A stretch of 64,000 bases of DNA from positions 27,218,001-27,282,000 of the forward strand of contig JANJGN010000026.1 of NCBI GenBank assembly GCA_026770705.1. The letters are read 5' to 3'. Below, one piece after another: positions 24,631-35,799 of this stretch; position 1 is the first letter of the stretch, and each line of letters begins with the position of its first letter. Made by a program: the position numbers and the translations under genes. This DNA comes from Isurus oxyrinchus. Taxonomy: Eukaryota. The notes beneath the pieces are model-generated. The model ran no database searches. It was given only the letters and a program-made list of their open reading frames with translations, and was not told the origin of the DNA.

Positions 24631-24644
24631 CCACCAGAGGGCGC
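24631..24644 (+). promoter_or_regulatory. CTCF-consensus motif
   Basis: CCACCAGAGGGCGC matches the core CCASYAGRKGGCRS. Confidence 0.65.
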
Positions 24645-25686
24645 CAGTTCACGACATTTCTAACTAACGATGGTGAAAGGAGCAAAAGACAAATTGAAAA
24701 CGCTTGCATTTTATTTATTTTTCTGCTCTACTGCTTTTCGTCAGTTTAGCTAAAGTTGTAAAAACAGTTTTTCATGTCCTGATGTTGAGTCCTTGCTAAT
24801 GAAAACCCGCCATATGCCTCACTCTGGAGGCTTTGAACCCGCTGTTCCTGGTCAATTTAAACCATTGAGTAGTAAATTGTTATTAAAAAAGCAATAATGT
24901 ACCTCATTCCAAATGTTACCTCATCGCAAACTCAAAACCTGTAGGTTATGGATGTTTAAATTATTCATTACAAACACAAAAAGAAAATGACAATTCAGCA
25001 GAAACATTAAACCACTGCTTTAAATGCAATCTGCTGAAGAGGACAGTGCTGGTAACACGGTATAAGTTGTGAGAGGGAGAGGAAGTGACTGAGGGGCCGA
25101 GAGGCCGATGCCCATCTACATATAAGTCGTCAGGCTGATCGCCTCTATAAAAAAAGTTTGCCTAATCTATCTGCATGTGCACATACACATTATATATTAA
25201 TATCAGAAAGATACAGATGTCCTAAAGTAAACAGCACAAGGCTAATATGAAAGCATTGTTTGTCAGGCAAAGCTCCGGCATTAGCCCTATCACCTCTAAA
25301 TCTGAACTTCAGGGTTCCAGTCCTTTTCAGAGGCTTGAGTCCCAGGATCAATGCTGATACCCCAATGCAGTCTTCAGGGAATGGTGCACCGTCAGAAACA
25401 CCGGCTTTCGGGTGAGACGGCAAATTGAGAGAACCTTCTGCCCTCTCAGGTGGACGTGATAGATCACATGACTTTGGGTTATCGCAAAAGGCGATATATA
25501 AATACTCAATTTTTTTCCTAAAATATCTGCATTAATATATTTAATCATATGTGTATGATGAATGAAAGTATAGGCTAGAAATAAAACTACGAGATATCGA
25601 AAATTCAAGAATCAGTTCAAACTCAGCCCCAATCAAAACATTATAATGTTTGCCTGACACACGGTTATGATGGGTGTCACTCTGAC

Positions 25687-25725
25687 AGTTTTTGCACAGG
25701 TTCAACCCCGTTCTGTGTCTCTGTG
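25687..25725 (-). other. 23-RSS of V6
   Basis: CACAGAG, 23 nt spacer, GCAAAAACT. Confidence 0.9.
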
Positions 25726-26585
25726 GGTCTCAGTGCGCAGTAATACACCGTGGAGTCTCTCAGTTCTGTTTTAGACACTGTCAGCGGGACGGTGCGATTC
25801 ACATAATCAAGCTCCGCTGAAAAACGGTTTCCCGCAACTCTTTCTGTGTTCCCACTGTATCTGCTTCTCCACAGCAGATACTCCATGGATCCGCTGGGAT
25901 ACTGACGGTACCAGAACAGAGAGGGATCGCTGGTGCTTGTAGCTGTATAATTACAGAACAATTGAACATCGTCTCCTTCACTGGCTGTGACTGCAAACGG
26001 TGTCTGTAAAACGGAGTCTCCTCTACAATGTCCTGTAAGAGACCAGAGACTTGAATTACATAATGTCACTTCACTGTCAATCCCCCAGAAACGGTCTAAC
26101 ACCCCCAGCAGTTACCCAAGAAATAAGTCAGGACAGTTAATCATAACTATAATTCCTGCAGCTCAGGGGCTGTATCGGGAAGATCGACTGAGTAAAACAT
26201 CCTTTAGTGCACATTCAGCACCTTCTAAGATCAACTTCTCCCCTTCATTTGCTGTGTTCTGAAATGAAAACTGAAAACGGTCTGTGGATTTGGAAGTCTC
26301 GGGTTTGTCAAAGTCCCTCGCTAGCTCCAGTGGGGACTGGAGTCCCAGTCCAACTCTTCTGCTGTCATTCCCTCGGAGAAGTTCGCCTACCTATGTATTC
26401 GACAAGGTGGATCCGGATGCTTTTTCTCATTCAGGATCAGTTCATTTCTCCCCAAGTGTGGAGCGAATTGTCCTATCAAATGCAGTGCCTGACAAAGATG
26501 CGAAACACAGAGTTGGGCAACTTGTGAACTTACCGGTTAACAGAGCTGCAGCTGTGAGGAATAAATGCAAAGTAACAGGAGACAT
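25726..26585 (-). CDS. TCR alpha/delta-type V segment V6: intact V exon 25726-26032; candidate intact leader 26534-26585
   Basis: GHCRGDSVLQTPFAVTASEGDDVQLFCNYT..LFWYRQYP..NRFSAELD..VPLTVSKTELRDSTVYYCALRP with both Cys and the Trp; leader MSPVTLHLFLTAAALLT G|GTAAGT is phase-compatible; the nearer leader relic (donor 26115) has stops. Confidence 0.85.
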
Positions 26586-28152
26586 GTTTGCAGAGAGCTC
26601 GCGGCGGATTTGAGCATAACGTGTTGAAGCTGAATTTGTTTTAGTCAAGAATTGGGAAGAGACCTCTGTCTCTGCTGATTGGTTCATTGCTGACCGCGTC
26701 ATCAGGTGACAGCCAATCAGGTTAAAAGTCCTTTATCCGTCAATTCAACCAATCAGTTCACATCTCCTTTGAACTCCAATTCATGTTATCGGCGCGAGGA
26801 ACGTGGGGACATCGGAGCAGGAGCAGACCATTTAGGCCATCGAGCCTGCTCTGCCATTCAATATGATCAAAGCTGATCATCTACTTCAATGCTTTTTGCC
26901 CACACTATCCCTACATCCATTTATGTCATTGGTAAGTATAAATCTGCCAATCTCTAAAAGTGAATTTGCTTACCTCGTCACAGATAATTTGTAGGGATTA
27001 AGCAGAATGTTGGCCCTTTAACAGGTTCAATCTGTAAGGCAGAAATAGAGAAGAAAAACTGCTAATGTTGTTCTAGTATCAGAGCTGGAACCCCCAATTA
27101 AAGGAGCTGCTCTCTGAGTATGAGAACTCTCCGCAGCCGATACGGGCGGCCAGTGGAATTTGAATAACAACAATGCGGTAAATAGAGATACGCCACATTT
27201 CACATGAATTATATAGTGGAGGGTAGGGAATTGCTGTTCAATGGATTTGAGTAGAATGAGAGTGTGCTGACAACTCACGGCTCAGTGATCGTGGGGTAAG
27301 TTGATCAGTAGAAATATTTACAGCATTTTTATTTTAAAAATAACCCTGTTCACAGTAACTTAACATTTAATCATTAGAACCATTGGTTTTCACTGGAAAT
27401 TTATGTCTGCATTTAAAATTATGTGATGAAAGGAACTCGTCAAGCCTCCTTCGACAGCACCTTCCAAATCGTGAATCGCTTCCGCCTAGGACAGCAGGCG
27501 CATGAGAACACCACAAACTGCAAGTTCCCCTACACATATTCCTGATTTTGCCGTTCCTTTAGTGTCGCTGTGGCAAAATCCTGGAACCCATTTTATGAAT
27601 TTTCTCTTGAGGGTGTCATCAAAGGAACAGAAAATTAGACTGGTACGGAAGGGGAAGTTAAAGAACGTGAGAAATGACGAGTGTCAAATGCAAAGCGAGA
27701 AAGACAGAAAGAAAGAGATTCCGAAATAAGCCAAAATTCATTTTCTTTTTAACTCATTCGTATTTCCATTGAGCCTATTTATGTAGGTGAATTATTTGAA
27801 ACACATCTCTCAATAAAAGGCCGCTGGAAACAGCCCAATTGATGAACTTATGCTTTACTGATGATCCGGACAGTGTAAAGTTCCCTCTGTCACCGCCAGT
27901 GGGCGCCGTTGCCACATGTTCCTCGCTGTTCCGAACTGGAAATGATGGAAACAAGCCTTGTGGCACCAACGCCCGGAGGCTCAGTTCACTGATCTCGCTC
28001 TGATCCGCCTTACCTGCCCGACCTTACTGCAGGAATTTCTGCCGATGTTGCCTGTTCGGAATTGGTTGCAGCAGCAGTGCAGTCGGGTGGGGATCTTTAT
28101 TTCCGCTCTAGTAGAAGATTCCCAGAACTGAAGAGTTACAGGTTGGCAGAGA

Positions 28153-29030
28153 ATGAAGCGGAACCATAGGACACCGATCCTCATCATTATACTATTCTCA
28201 ATTGGCATTTCCTTCCCAATTAAAAAAAAAAGCTGTTTTCCTGATCTTATGTTGGTGAATTAATAACATTTTAAAATTCGTTATTGGGCATTCGTGGCAA
28301 GGCCAGCATTTGTTGCCCATCCTAATTACCTTTGATCTGAGTGGCTTGCTAGATCATTGCAGACGGAAGTTAGGGGGGTTGCCGTGGGTCTGCAGCCACA
28401 TACAGGCCAGACCAGATTTCTTTCCAGAGAGTAAATCTGTGAACCAGATAAATCCTGCAAAGGCAGTTTTGCACAACCATTGCTGAGGCTAGATTGCAGT
28501 TCTTGATTATAAATAATTGAAATTTAACCAGCTACCATGGTTTGAACCGATTTGAACCAATTTCCCCGGAGAATTAACCTTGGTCTCTGAACAATTGCCC
28601 AGTGACAGTATCACTAGGCTACCATCTCCCTATACTGACGATGTTGAAGAAGGGGATATTCTTGATGTTGACTTATTTTATTTTAGAATGGAGCCGCAAG
28701 CACAACGTGCAACTGGCTGTTCCCGAATAGAATTTTGAAGAAGAAAGCAATGTCATACTTTTCTGCACCGTGAATATAAGATATCCTAACCTTACTGTGT
28801 TCTTAAATAGTCAGTATTCAGGGCACCATCCATGAAACATGGCTTAAATTATCGTAGGGACAATGAACAGGAAACTGGACTTCACTGGCCGATTTTCCTC
28901 TACCTTTAAGAAAACAACCAAGACTGCAAAGCTTTTGGACAGCATTGTCCTGATCCCCAACAGCACCATATATTTCTGTGCCTTGTGCCCCACGCGGCTG
29001 CAGTTATAAAGTGGATCCTGGATAAAAGCC
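28153..29030 (+). pseudogene. TCR V pseudogene V7 (V3/V4 family; V exon 28687-28990; repeat insertion in intron)
   Basis: WSRKHNVQLAVPE*NFEEESNVILFCTV...GRFSSTF...IYFCALCP; heptamer CACGCGG; stops. Confidence 0.85.
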
Positions 29031-29509
29031 TACACTGTCAGTTCCGGCCAGCTCCCACCAGAGGCCTTTTTCACTCCCATAAACAGAGCAACAATTCGTT
29101 CTCAATACTGAATTTCAGGACAGATTCTTTAACCGGTAAACTGAATTTATAAACTCTTCAAGAACATGCGAATTCCAACTGCAGAATTGTATTAATTTGG
29201 TGTTTCTACTTGTATTTATATGAAAAATAACTCAAATTCAGCTGTGCAACCTTAATGGACCTTTAGTCCTTCAATGTTATTTCCATGTCTGTCCCGTCTC
29301 ATCGACTACTTCCATTTTTCTTTGACAATTTACTTACTTCAGTCGGTAGTTTAATGATGCAAACTTTTGTTTCTGTGATGCATATTAATTCAGCTGCACC
29401 AGCAGAGATTCACAGAAACAGGAGCTGCCAGGTCAATTGAATGAATAACAGCGAAATGTTTCAAATCCTGCACTGAAATATCAGAAGGCAGGAACAGAAG
29501 AGGTAATGG

Positions 29510-29980
29510 CAATAGTAGGGCATTTGGATCTGGAGCCTACTCCGCAATGCAATCAGGCCATGGCTGATCTGATCTCTGTCTTAATTCCACGTCCCCGCCT
29601 GCTCCTCATGTCCCTTGACACAACATTGGTTCAAAAGTCTGTCTAACTCAGCCTTAAAAATATTCAATAACTGAGCTTCCATTTTCTGTGGGAAGAGAAT
29701 TCCAAACACTAATGACCTTCCAAGAAAATGAATCCCTCCCATTTCCACCTTAAATGGGAGATCTCTTATTTTGAAACTGTCCCCGCCTAGTTTTAGGATT
29801 CCTTCATGACGGGAAATGCTCTCGGCATCCACCCAGTCAAAGCCCTACAGAATCTGCTTTGTTTCACTAAGATCACTTCTCATTCGCCTAAACACCAATG
29901 AGTACAGGCTTAGCCTGCTCAATCTTTTGTCATAAGACAACCCCTTCATCTCAGGAATCAGCCTGGGAACCATCCCTGAA
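29510..29980 (-). mobile_element. CR1 LINE 3' fragment, degenerate
   Basis: LNIFKAELDRLL-type ORF2 C-terminus and gatcagccatg tail. Confidence 0.7.
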
Positions 29981-30546
29981 TTGTCATTTCTCCACATATT
30001 CTCCATGTCTCATTGTTTTCCAGCAAATGTGCGGGGCAGGCCCATATTCCAACCCATTCACCGACCCCTCTCTTCTCTCCACCCATCTAACTGGGTGTAA
30101 CCCACACGGAAGTAATCACAATGCTTTCTATTAACAGCGGGTGCTTGGCTTATGGGTGGTCAGCTGAACACGTGGGAAATGTCCCTGGAAACATGATGAC
30201 TAGTGTCCGGGTGGTAAAGGTTAGAGCACTGTCGACAACAAATTGACTAGAAATAAACCAAATCCATTAATAATCCTTGCTTGCCAGGTACAAAAACCAG
30301 AAAAAAGGTTTCATTCCCATCCCGTTCCTGAAGCCGACTAATTCGCTCTTTAAGGACTCTGACTGGGCCAGGTTGGTGACTGTCTATTCAGTGACAGCCA
30401 GATCAGCATCCACCCATGCCACAGTGTCACTGGGGAGACAAGGAAGCGACGTCAGAGCACCCTGAGACACGTCATCAGGTTATTAAGTGTGGGATTAGAA
30501 TTGGTGTCTTCAAATATCAAATCCCCCTTTCCTCGACAGGGTGACA

Positions 30547-31003
30547 ATGAGTTTGCTCAACATCTGGTTTCTGTGGGGAACATTCGTGACAGGAAATTGT
30601 GGACATGCCATCTTTTCTCTCATCTCCAAAAAAATGGGTTGAATCTGAATTTTAAATATATCCGTGCATCTTTTTCTGTTTGAACATGTTTTTCAGTTCT
30701 GAGTCACGGAGATTCTGTCACTCAGCCGCTGTCCCCAGGTGTTAAGACAGAAGGAGAAGTGGTGAACTTAAGCTGTACCTATGATACGACAAAGAACAAC
30801 TATTATTTATATTGGTGCCGACAATACCCAGACTCCGAGCCCAATTATATGCTGAGGAAATACTCAGGGGGTAATGAATATAAAGCAAATTTTGTCAGAC
30901 ACCGTTTCTCTAATGAGCTTCAGATCGCGAAGAAATTAATTAGTTTGACCATCTCGGGTCTGCAGCTGACTGATTCTGCCGTCTATTACTGCGCTTTCAG
31001 ACT
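30547..31003 (+). CDS. TCR alpha/delta-type V segment V8: open V exon 30697-31003, leader 30547-30592 with a non-canonical donor (ORF or pseudogene status uncertain)
   Basis: LSHGDSVTQPLSPGVKTEGEVVNLSCTYDTTKNNYYLYWCRQYP..HRFS..LTISGLQLTDSAVYYCAFR; leader MSLLNIWFLWGTFVT G|GAAATT. Confidence 0.8.
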
Positions 31004-31041
31004 CACAGTGATGGAAGCAGTCTCACCCCTGTACAAAGACT
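31004..31041 (+). other. 23-type RSS of V8
   Basis: CACAGTG, 22 nt spacer, ACAAAGACT. Confidence 0.85.
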
Positions 31042-31418
31042 GCCTTTGCACTGTTAGTGTGAGTTCCTGACTGTTGGGGTTTGTACAGAATCTCGAGCAG
31101 ATGCAACCACAATGTGCAGAGGCGCTGTCAGACTCTCAAACACACACCGAGATGAAACCAATTTCACCTCGGATCAAACTGTCACCCAACTGTTTCCAGG
31201 AGCAGCCAAGATAACAAACTGTGGGATGTAATTGGACCTACAGATCATAACAGAAACAATGTACCAGTTAAACTTCCCTCCCTACTACTGATCAGCTGTG
31301 TACGCCTTTATAGTCAGGGTGGGATTTCATGATCATCTCCGAGAAAGAGGCTATTCACCCTTAAATATCCCTGAAACATGGCCGGCAACTGTCACAGAAG
31401 GAACAGAAGGGCTTCCGC

Positions 31419-31533
31419 CATGTTTGTGTGACGCACAGTCGGCCATGTTTTTTTGACGTGCAGACAGTCATGTTTGTGTGACGCCCAGTCGGTCATGTTT
31501 GTTTGACGTGCACTCGATCATGTTTGTGTGACA
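31419..31533 (+). repeat. 25-bp minisatellite, ~4.6 copies
   Basis: catgtttgtgtgacgcacagtcggc / catgtttttttgacgtgcagacagt / catgtttgtgtgacgcccagtcggt / catgtttgtttgacgtgcactcgat / catgtttgtgtgaca. Confidence 0.9.
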
Positions 31534-32297
31534 TTCTCTAGTCCTGAAGTCCCCTTTTGCCCTTTGCCGCCCTTTCCGTGCCTGCCTGTAATATTGAGCA
31601 ACCTTGCTCCCATCTTCTCTTTCACTTTCCCGGAGCCTGTGACAGCGGCCTGTTCACAAGGTTTAGTTGAGTGTGCTGCTTGGTCACAGGCAGTTTACAC
31701 ACCCTGAACAGATTTCACAAGGTAGTGACTGTAATTTCTCAAATTAATCCCAAGCACAGAGTAGCTCCTTCCCCTTCTCCCCTGACTGCTTTCACCTCGT
31801 ACTAGAATAACCTTAAACTTGACAACTTATCTGCCTTGTTCACATGTTTCCAGCTGCCACGCCGGGACTCGTTCCATGGTCTTCCTTGTTTTTCTAAACG
31901 CGATGGCTATTTTAAACCAGCTCCTGTGTTCTTGGAGTCCAGCAAATCTCCCATTGCCGCCCTCCCCACGCTTCCCCTCCCCACCCGCCGACTCCGCTTA
32001 CTCTTCAGAAATGCCTCCTCTCACGTTTTTCTGCTGTTCATAAACACATTCGCTCTCCACCAGATTGATGATATCGTTGCTGGTAATGAAAATGTTAAAG
32101 GAAATAAGACTGAGTGTTCGTTGTTTCAAAAGCCACCATGTAAAGGAAAAAGAAAGTCTCAAAAATGAAAATCTGGAAAGGGCGACAAGGCTGGAACCCG
32201 AGTAAGAAATTTCCTCTCTGTTAGTGAGCATATTCATCCCATTCCTGATTCACTTCAGCCGGGCAAAATGTCTCACTTTGATAGTTTCAGTCAGATA

Positions 32298-32780
32298 TTC
32301 ACCAGGATGTTGCCTGGGATGAAACATTTAAGCAATGAAGACAGGTTGGATAGACTTGGGTTGTTTTCGTTGGAGCAGAGAAGACTGAGGGACGACCTGA
32401 TCGAGTGTACAAGATTATGAGGGGCATGGACAGAGTGCATGGGGAGCAGCTGTTCCCTTTAGTTGAAGGGTCAGTCACGAGGGGACACAAGTTGAAGGTG
32501 AGAGACAGGAGGTTTAGGGGGAATGTGAGGAAGAACCTTTTTACCCAGAGGGTGGTGATGGTCTGGAATGCGCTGCCTGGGAGGGTTGTGTAAGCGGGTT
32601 GTCTCGCATCCTTTAAAAAGTACCGGATGAGCATTTGGCACGTCATAGCATTCAGGACTATGGGCCAAGTGCTGGTAAATGGGATTAGGTTGGTAGGTCA
32701 GGTGTTTCTCACGTGTCGGTGCAGACTCCATGGACCAAAGGGCCTCTTCTGCACTGTGTGATTCTGTGATTCTGTGATTG
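32298..32780 (+). mobile_element. CR1 LINE 3' end with (gattctgt)n tail
   Basis: YKIMRGMDRV..RGHKLKV..RKNLFTQRVVMVWNALP; octamer tail. Confidence 0.9.
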
Positions 32781-35307
32781 TGTGACATTAATCGACATGT
32801 TTGATTTGATATTTGGATAAGGGGCTCATATTTTCCCCCGAAAAATCATCAACAAAGCACTCTGATGGCGGTAAGAGATAATTTCAAACTGACTAAGTGT
32901 GCAGTCTGAATGTAAATGGAGATGTGCAGCTAATTACCGTCACCGCCAGTAATCAGACAGAGGTAGTAGACAGGAGGTGGGTTTGTGAATCTTCTGCGAG
33001 GAACATACTTAGGGGTGATTTCCTTTCGTCACTTTAGAAATCTCTGAGCTCCCACAATCCTCTGCAGTAGAGAATGCCAAAGATTCACGATCCTTTGAGT
33101 GAAGAAATTTCCCTTCGTATCAGCCCTAAATATAGGCTGCTTATTCTGATTGTGAGTCCTCTTCTCAATTTGCCAACCAGCTGGAAGATTGACTCAGCAT
33201 TTACCATTTGGATTCGCTTCAGCATTTTTCATGCTTCAACTAGATCACCTCCCTTTCTTCTGATCTCTAGGGAATAGAGCTCCAACCCATTCAATCTCTC
33301 CTCATAGAAAAACCTGTTAATTTCAGAAACAGTCGAGTGAATCATTGTTGCACTAATTCTGGGGCAAAGTTGCCCTGCCTTTGGTAAGGAGGCAAAAACT
33401 GCAAACCCACAACTCCAGGTGTCATCTCAGCGACCCTCTGTAACTTGAGTTAAACTTCGTAACCTTGTTCGTTAATGCCTTTGTGATTAAAACTAATATA
33501 CCATTTGAATTCCCAATTGATTGCTGGAAAGTGATTCACATACATGGATGCCCAAGTCAATCTGAATGCAAATATTTCCCAGTCTCACACCCTTCCAAAA
33601 ATATTGTTTGCTTTAGTTTTCGTACCAAGATGGATGACGTCACACTATGATAGACTGGATCCCATCTGCCAGGTTCTTGCTCACTTATCCCTACAAATAT
33701 TGTCCCACTTCCCATGAGTTCATATCCTTCTCCACCCAAATGTTTCCAAAGCGGCCGAAAAAAGAAACTGCAGAATTCAATCGGATCGGTCATCGAATGA
33801 ATGGGCTGGTTTAATGTCCTGCTTCTGTTCAGCAGTTTATCCCTCAATTTTTGGACAGATATTTAGATTATTGCAGAGAAAGATGTTCTTGTAATGCAGA
33901 CATCAGTCTTCCAGGGTCCTTTGACATTACCGCTACGTCACCGTCTCGCATACCGACAAAAATAAAACGGCAATTACGTACTTGCATCGCCTTGAACCTG
34001 GCTCGCCGTGCCCATGATCCAACAATAATAATGAAAGGAACAGAAAACCGTTGAATAAAGCAGCAGATCAGTTAGGGAATCGTAAGAACTCTTAGTCGCT
34101 TAGATCACTTAGGAAAGCATTGAATTGTGGGTGTCGGTCACTTTCAGCTGTTGACTGTCTTGTATTACACTGTGATTACTTTATGATGTGATGCAATATT
34201 TCCAGGACTGTTGACCTCCTTTTATTCTGTTCTGCACGCTTAACAAAACTTCTCCAATTTTCAGACGGAGCTAGCACAAACATGGTTTGAAAAATGATAA
34301 TAACTGTGAAAATATTGAGATTAATGCTGTCATGTTCCCCATTTCCTAAGAGGCACTTGGTAGAAACATTTGCTCAAGTTTACAAAGCGCCTGAGGAATT
34401 CGCTTGAACTCACATATTTCCTCGTCGATTTTTTTTCTGACTTGTATAACTGCCACCCTGCGGTTTTCGTTTTCCCGCTCAAAAAAAAACTAGGTCATCA
34501 AAACCCTGTTGTCTCAGACGTGGGTAAAGGGAAGATGGAGGAGAGCAGATTAATGAGTCAAATTATCAGAAAAGGGAAGGCGAGCTTTGGATCCAGTCCA
34601 ATGTTGTACACTCGGAACTAAAGAGCCTCCTGAGGGGCTGCGCACAGATTTGTGCACAGAATTTGCTTACTTGGAATACGCAGCGCCGCAAGGGCCGGTC
34701 CTGACGCCAAGTCGAGTAACTGACATCATTTGGACCGGTGTTAGGTGAAAAACAGAAAAAGGTGTGGACGGGCCCACAAGTTGCTATAATTACTGAACTA
34801 TTTCCATCAACAATTACAGAAAGCAAAGTACGGCCCAGTCCATCAAGACTGTCTCGCAGTAGGAATGAAGTAAATTGGAATTACAGTCACTATTGTAATG
34901 TAGGAACTCGTCAAATTATGCACAGCAAGCTCCCACAAAGCAATGTGATCATTTGTTTCCGTGATGCCGTTTGAGGTTTAAATGCACGGGAGAGCTGCCC
35001 TGCGCTTTTACACAATAGGCGGCGAGCTGTGTAAGGTCCTCCTCGGGGAGGGGGTGGGTATGGTGTTACAGACGGAGCCTCTAATTAATAGCTCATCCGA
35101 AAAATGGCACCACAGACATTGCAGCCTCCCTTCATACTGGCAGTAGAAGTGTCAGCCTGGGTTATGTGCTCACGTCTCTAGAGTGGGGCCTGAACACACA
35201 TTTCTGACAGAGAAATAGAATGGTGAGATGGAACAGTTACACTGAGCTGCGGATACCACTTCCCCCCAGGGGTGGGTTTCCTTGGACTGGCAGCTCTACA
35301 TCACTGG

Positions 35308-35346
35308 AGTTTTTGTACAGCGAAGGATGAATTTTAAACCAGTGTG
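35308..35346 (-). other. 23-RSS of V9
   Basis: CACACTG, 23 nt spacer, ACAAAAACT. Confidence 0.92.
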
Positions 35347-35799
35347 TTGCTCAGCACGCAGAAGTATACGGCAGTGTCCTGGATTTCCGCTCGAGTGATC
35401 GTTAAAGGAAACTCCTTTCCTTTGTTAGTCTGGCCGGCCTCGAATTTCCCTTTGGCAAAATCTGCATCTTCTTTTTTGTTGCTATCTCGATACAAAATAA
35501 AACGCGGAGCCTGGTTCGTGTGATGTCTGTACCAATACAGATCGGGATTACGGTGACTTGTTGTGTAGCTACAGTCTATTTTAATACGATCTCCTTCAGT
35601 AATATCCAGTGTGCTCTGAGGCTGGGATACAGAATCTGCCTGAATCACACCTGAAATAAAACATAACGAAATGTTGAATGCAATACTGAGATGAAAAGTC
35701 TATTAACATTACATTACTGCAAACGGATAAAATGATATGGCTGCACCTACCGAACATCAGCCATAATATAACCAGATGACGATGCGGCATGAGCCTCAT
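35347..35799 (-). CDS. TCR alpha/delta-type V segment V9, apparently functional (leader 35751-35799, V exon 35347-35650)
   Basis: Leader MRLMPHRHLVILWLMF G|GTAGGT; acceptor tttcag; VIQADSVSQPQSTLDITEGDRIKIDCSYTTSHRNPDLYWYRHH..FILYRD..FPLTITRAEIQDTAVYFCVLS; no stops. Confidence 0.92.

Noticed and set aside
34005-34070. Minus-strand YYCWIMG followed by CACGGCG as a V end
   Set aside because: No nonamer at 12 or 23 nt and no upstream Cys/Trp framework recognisable
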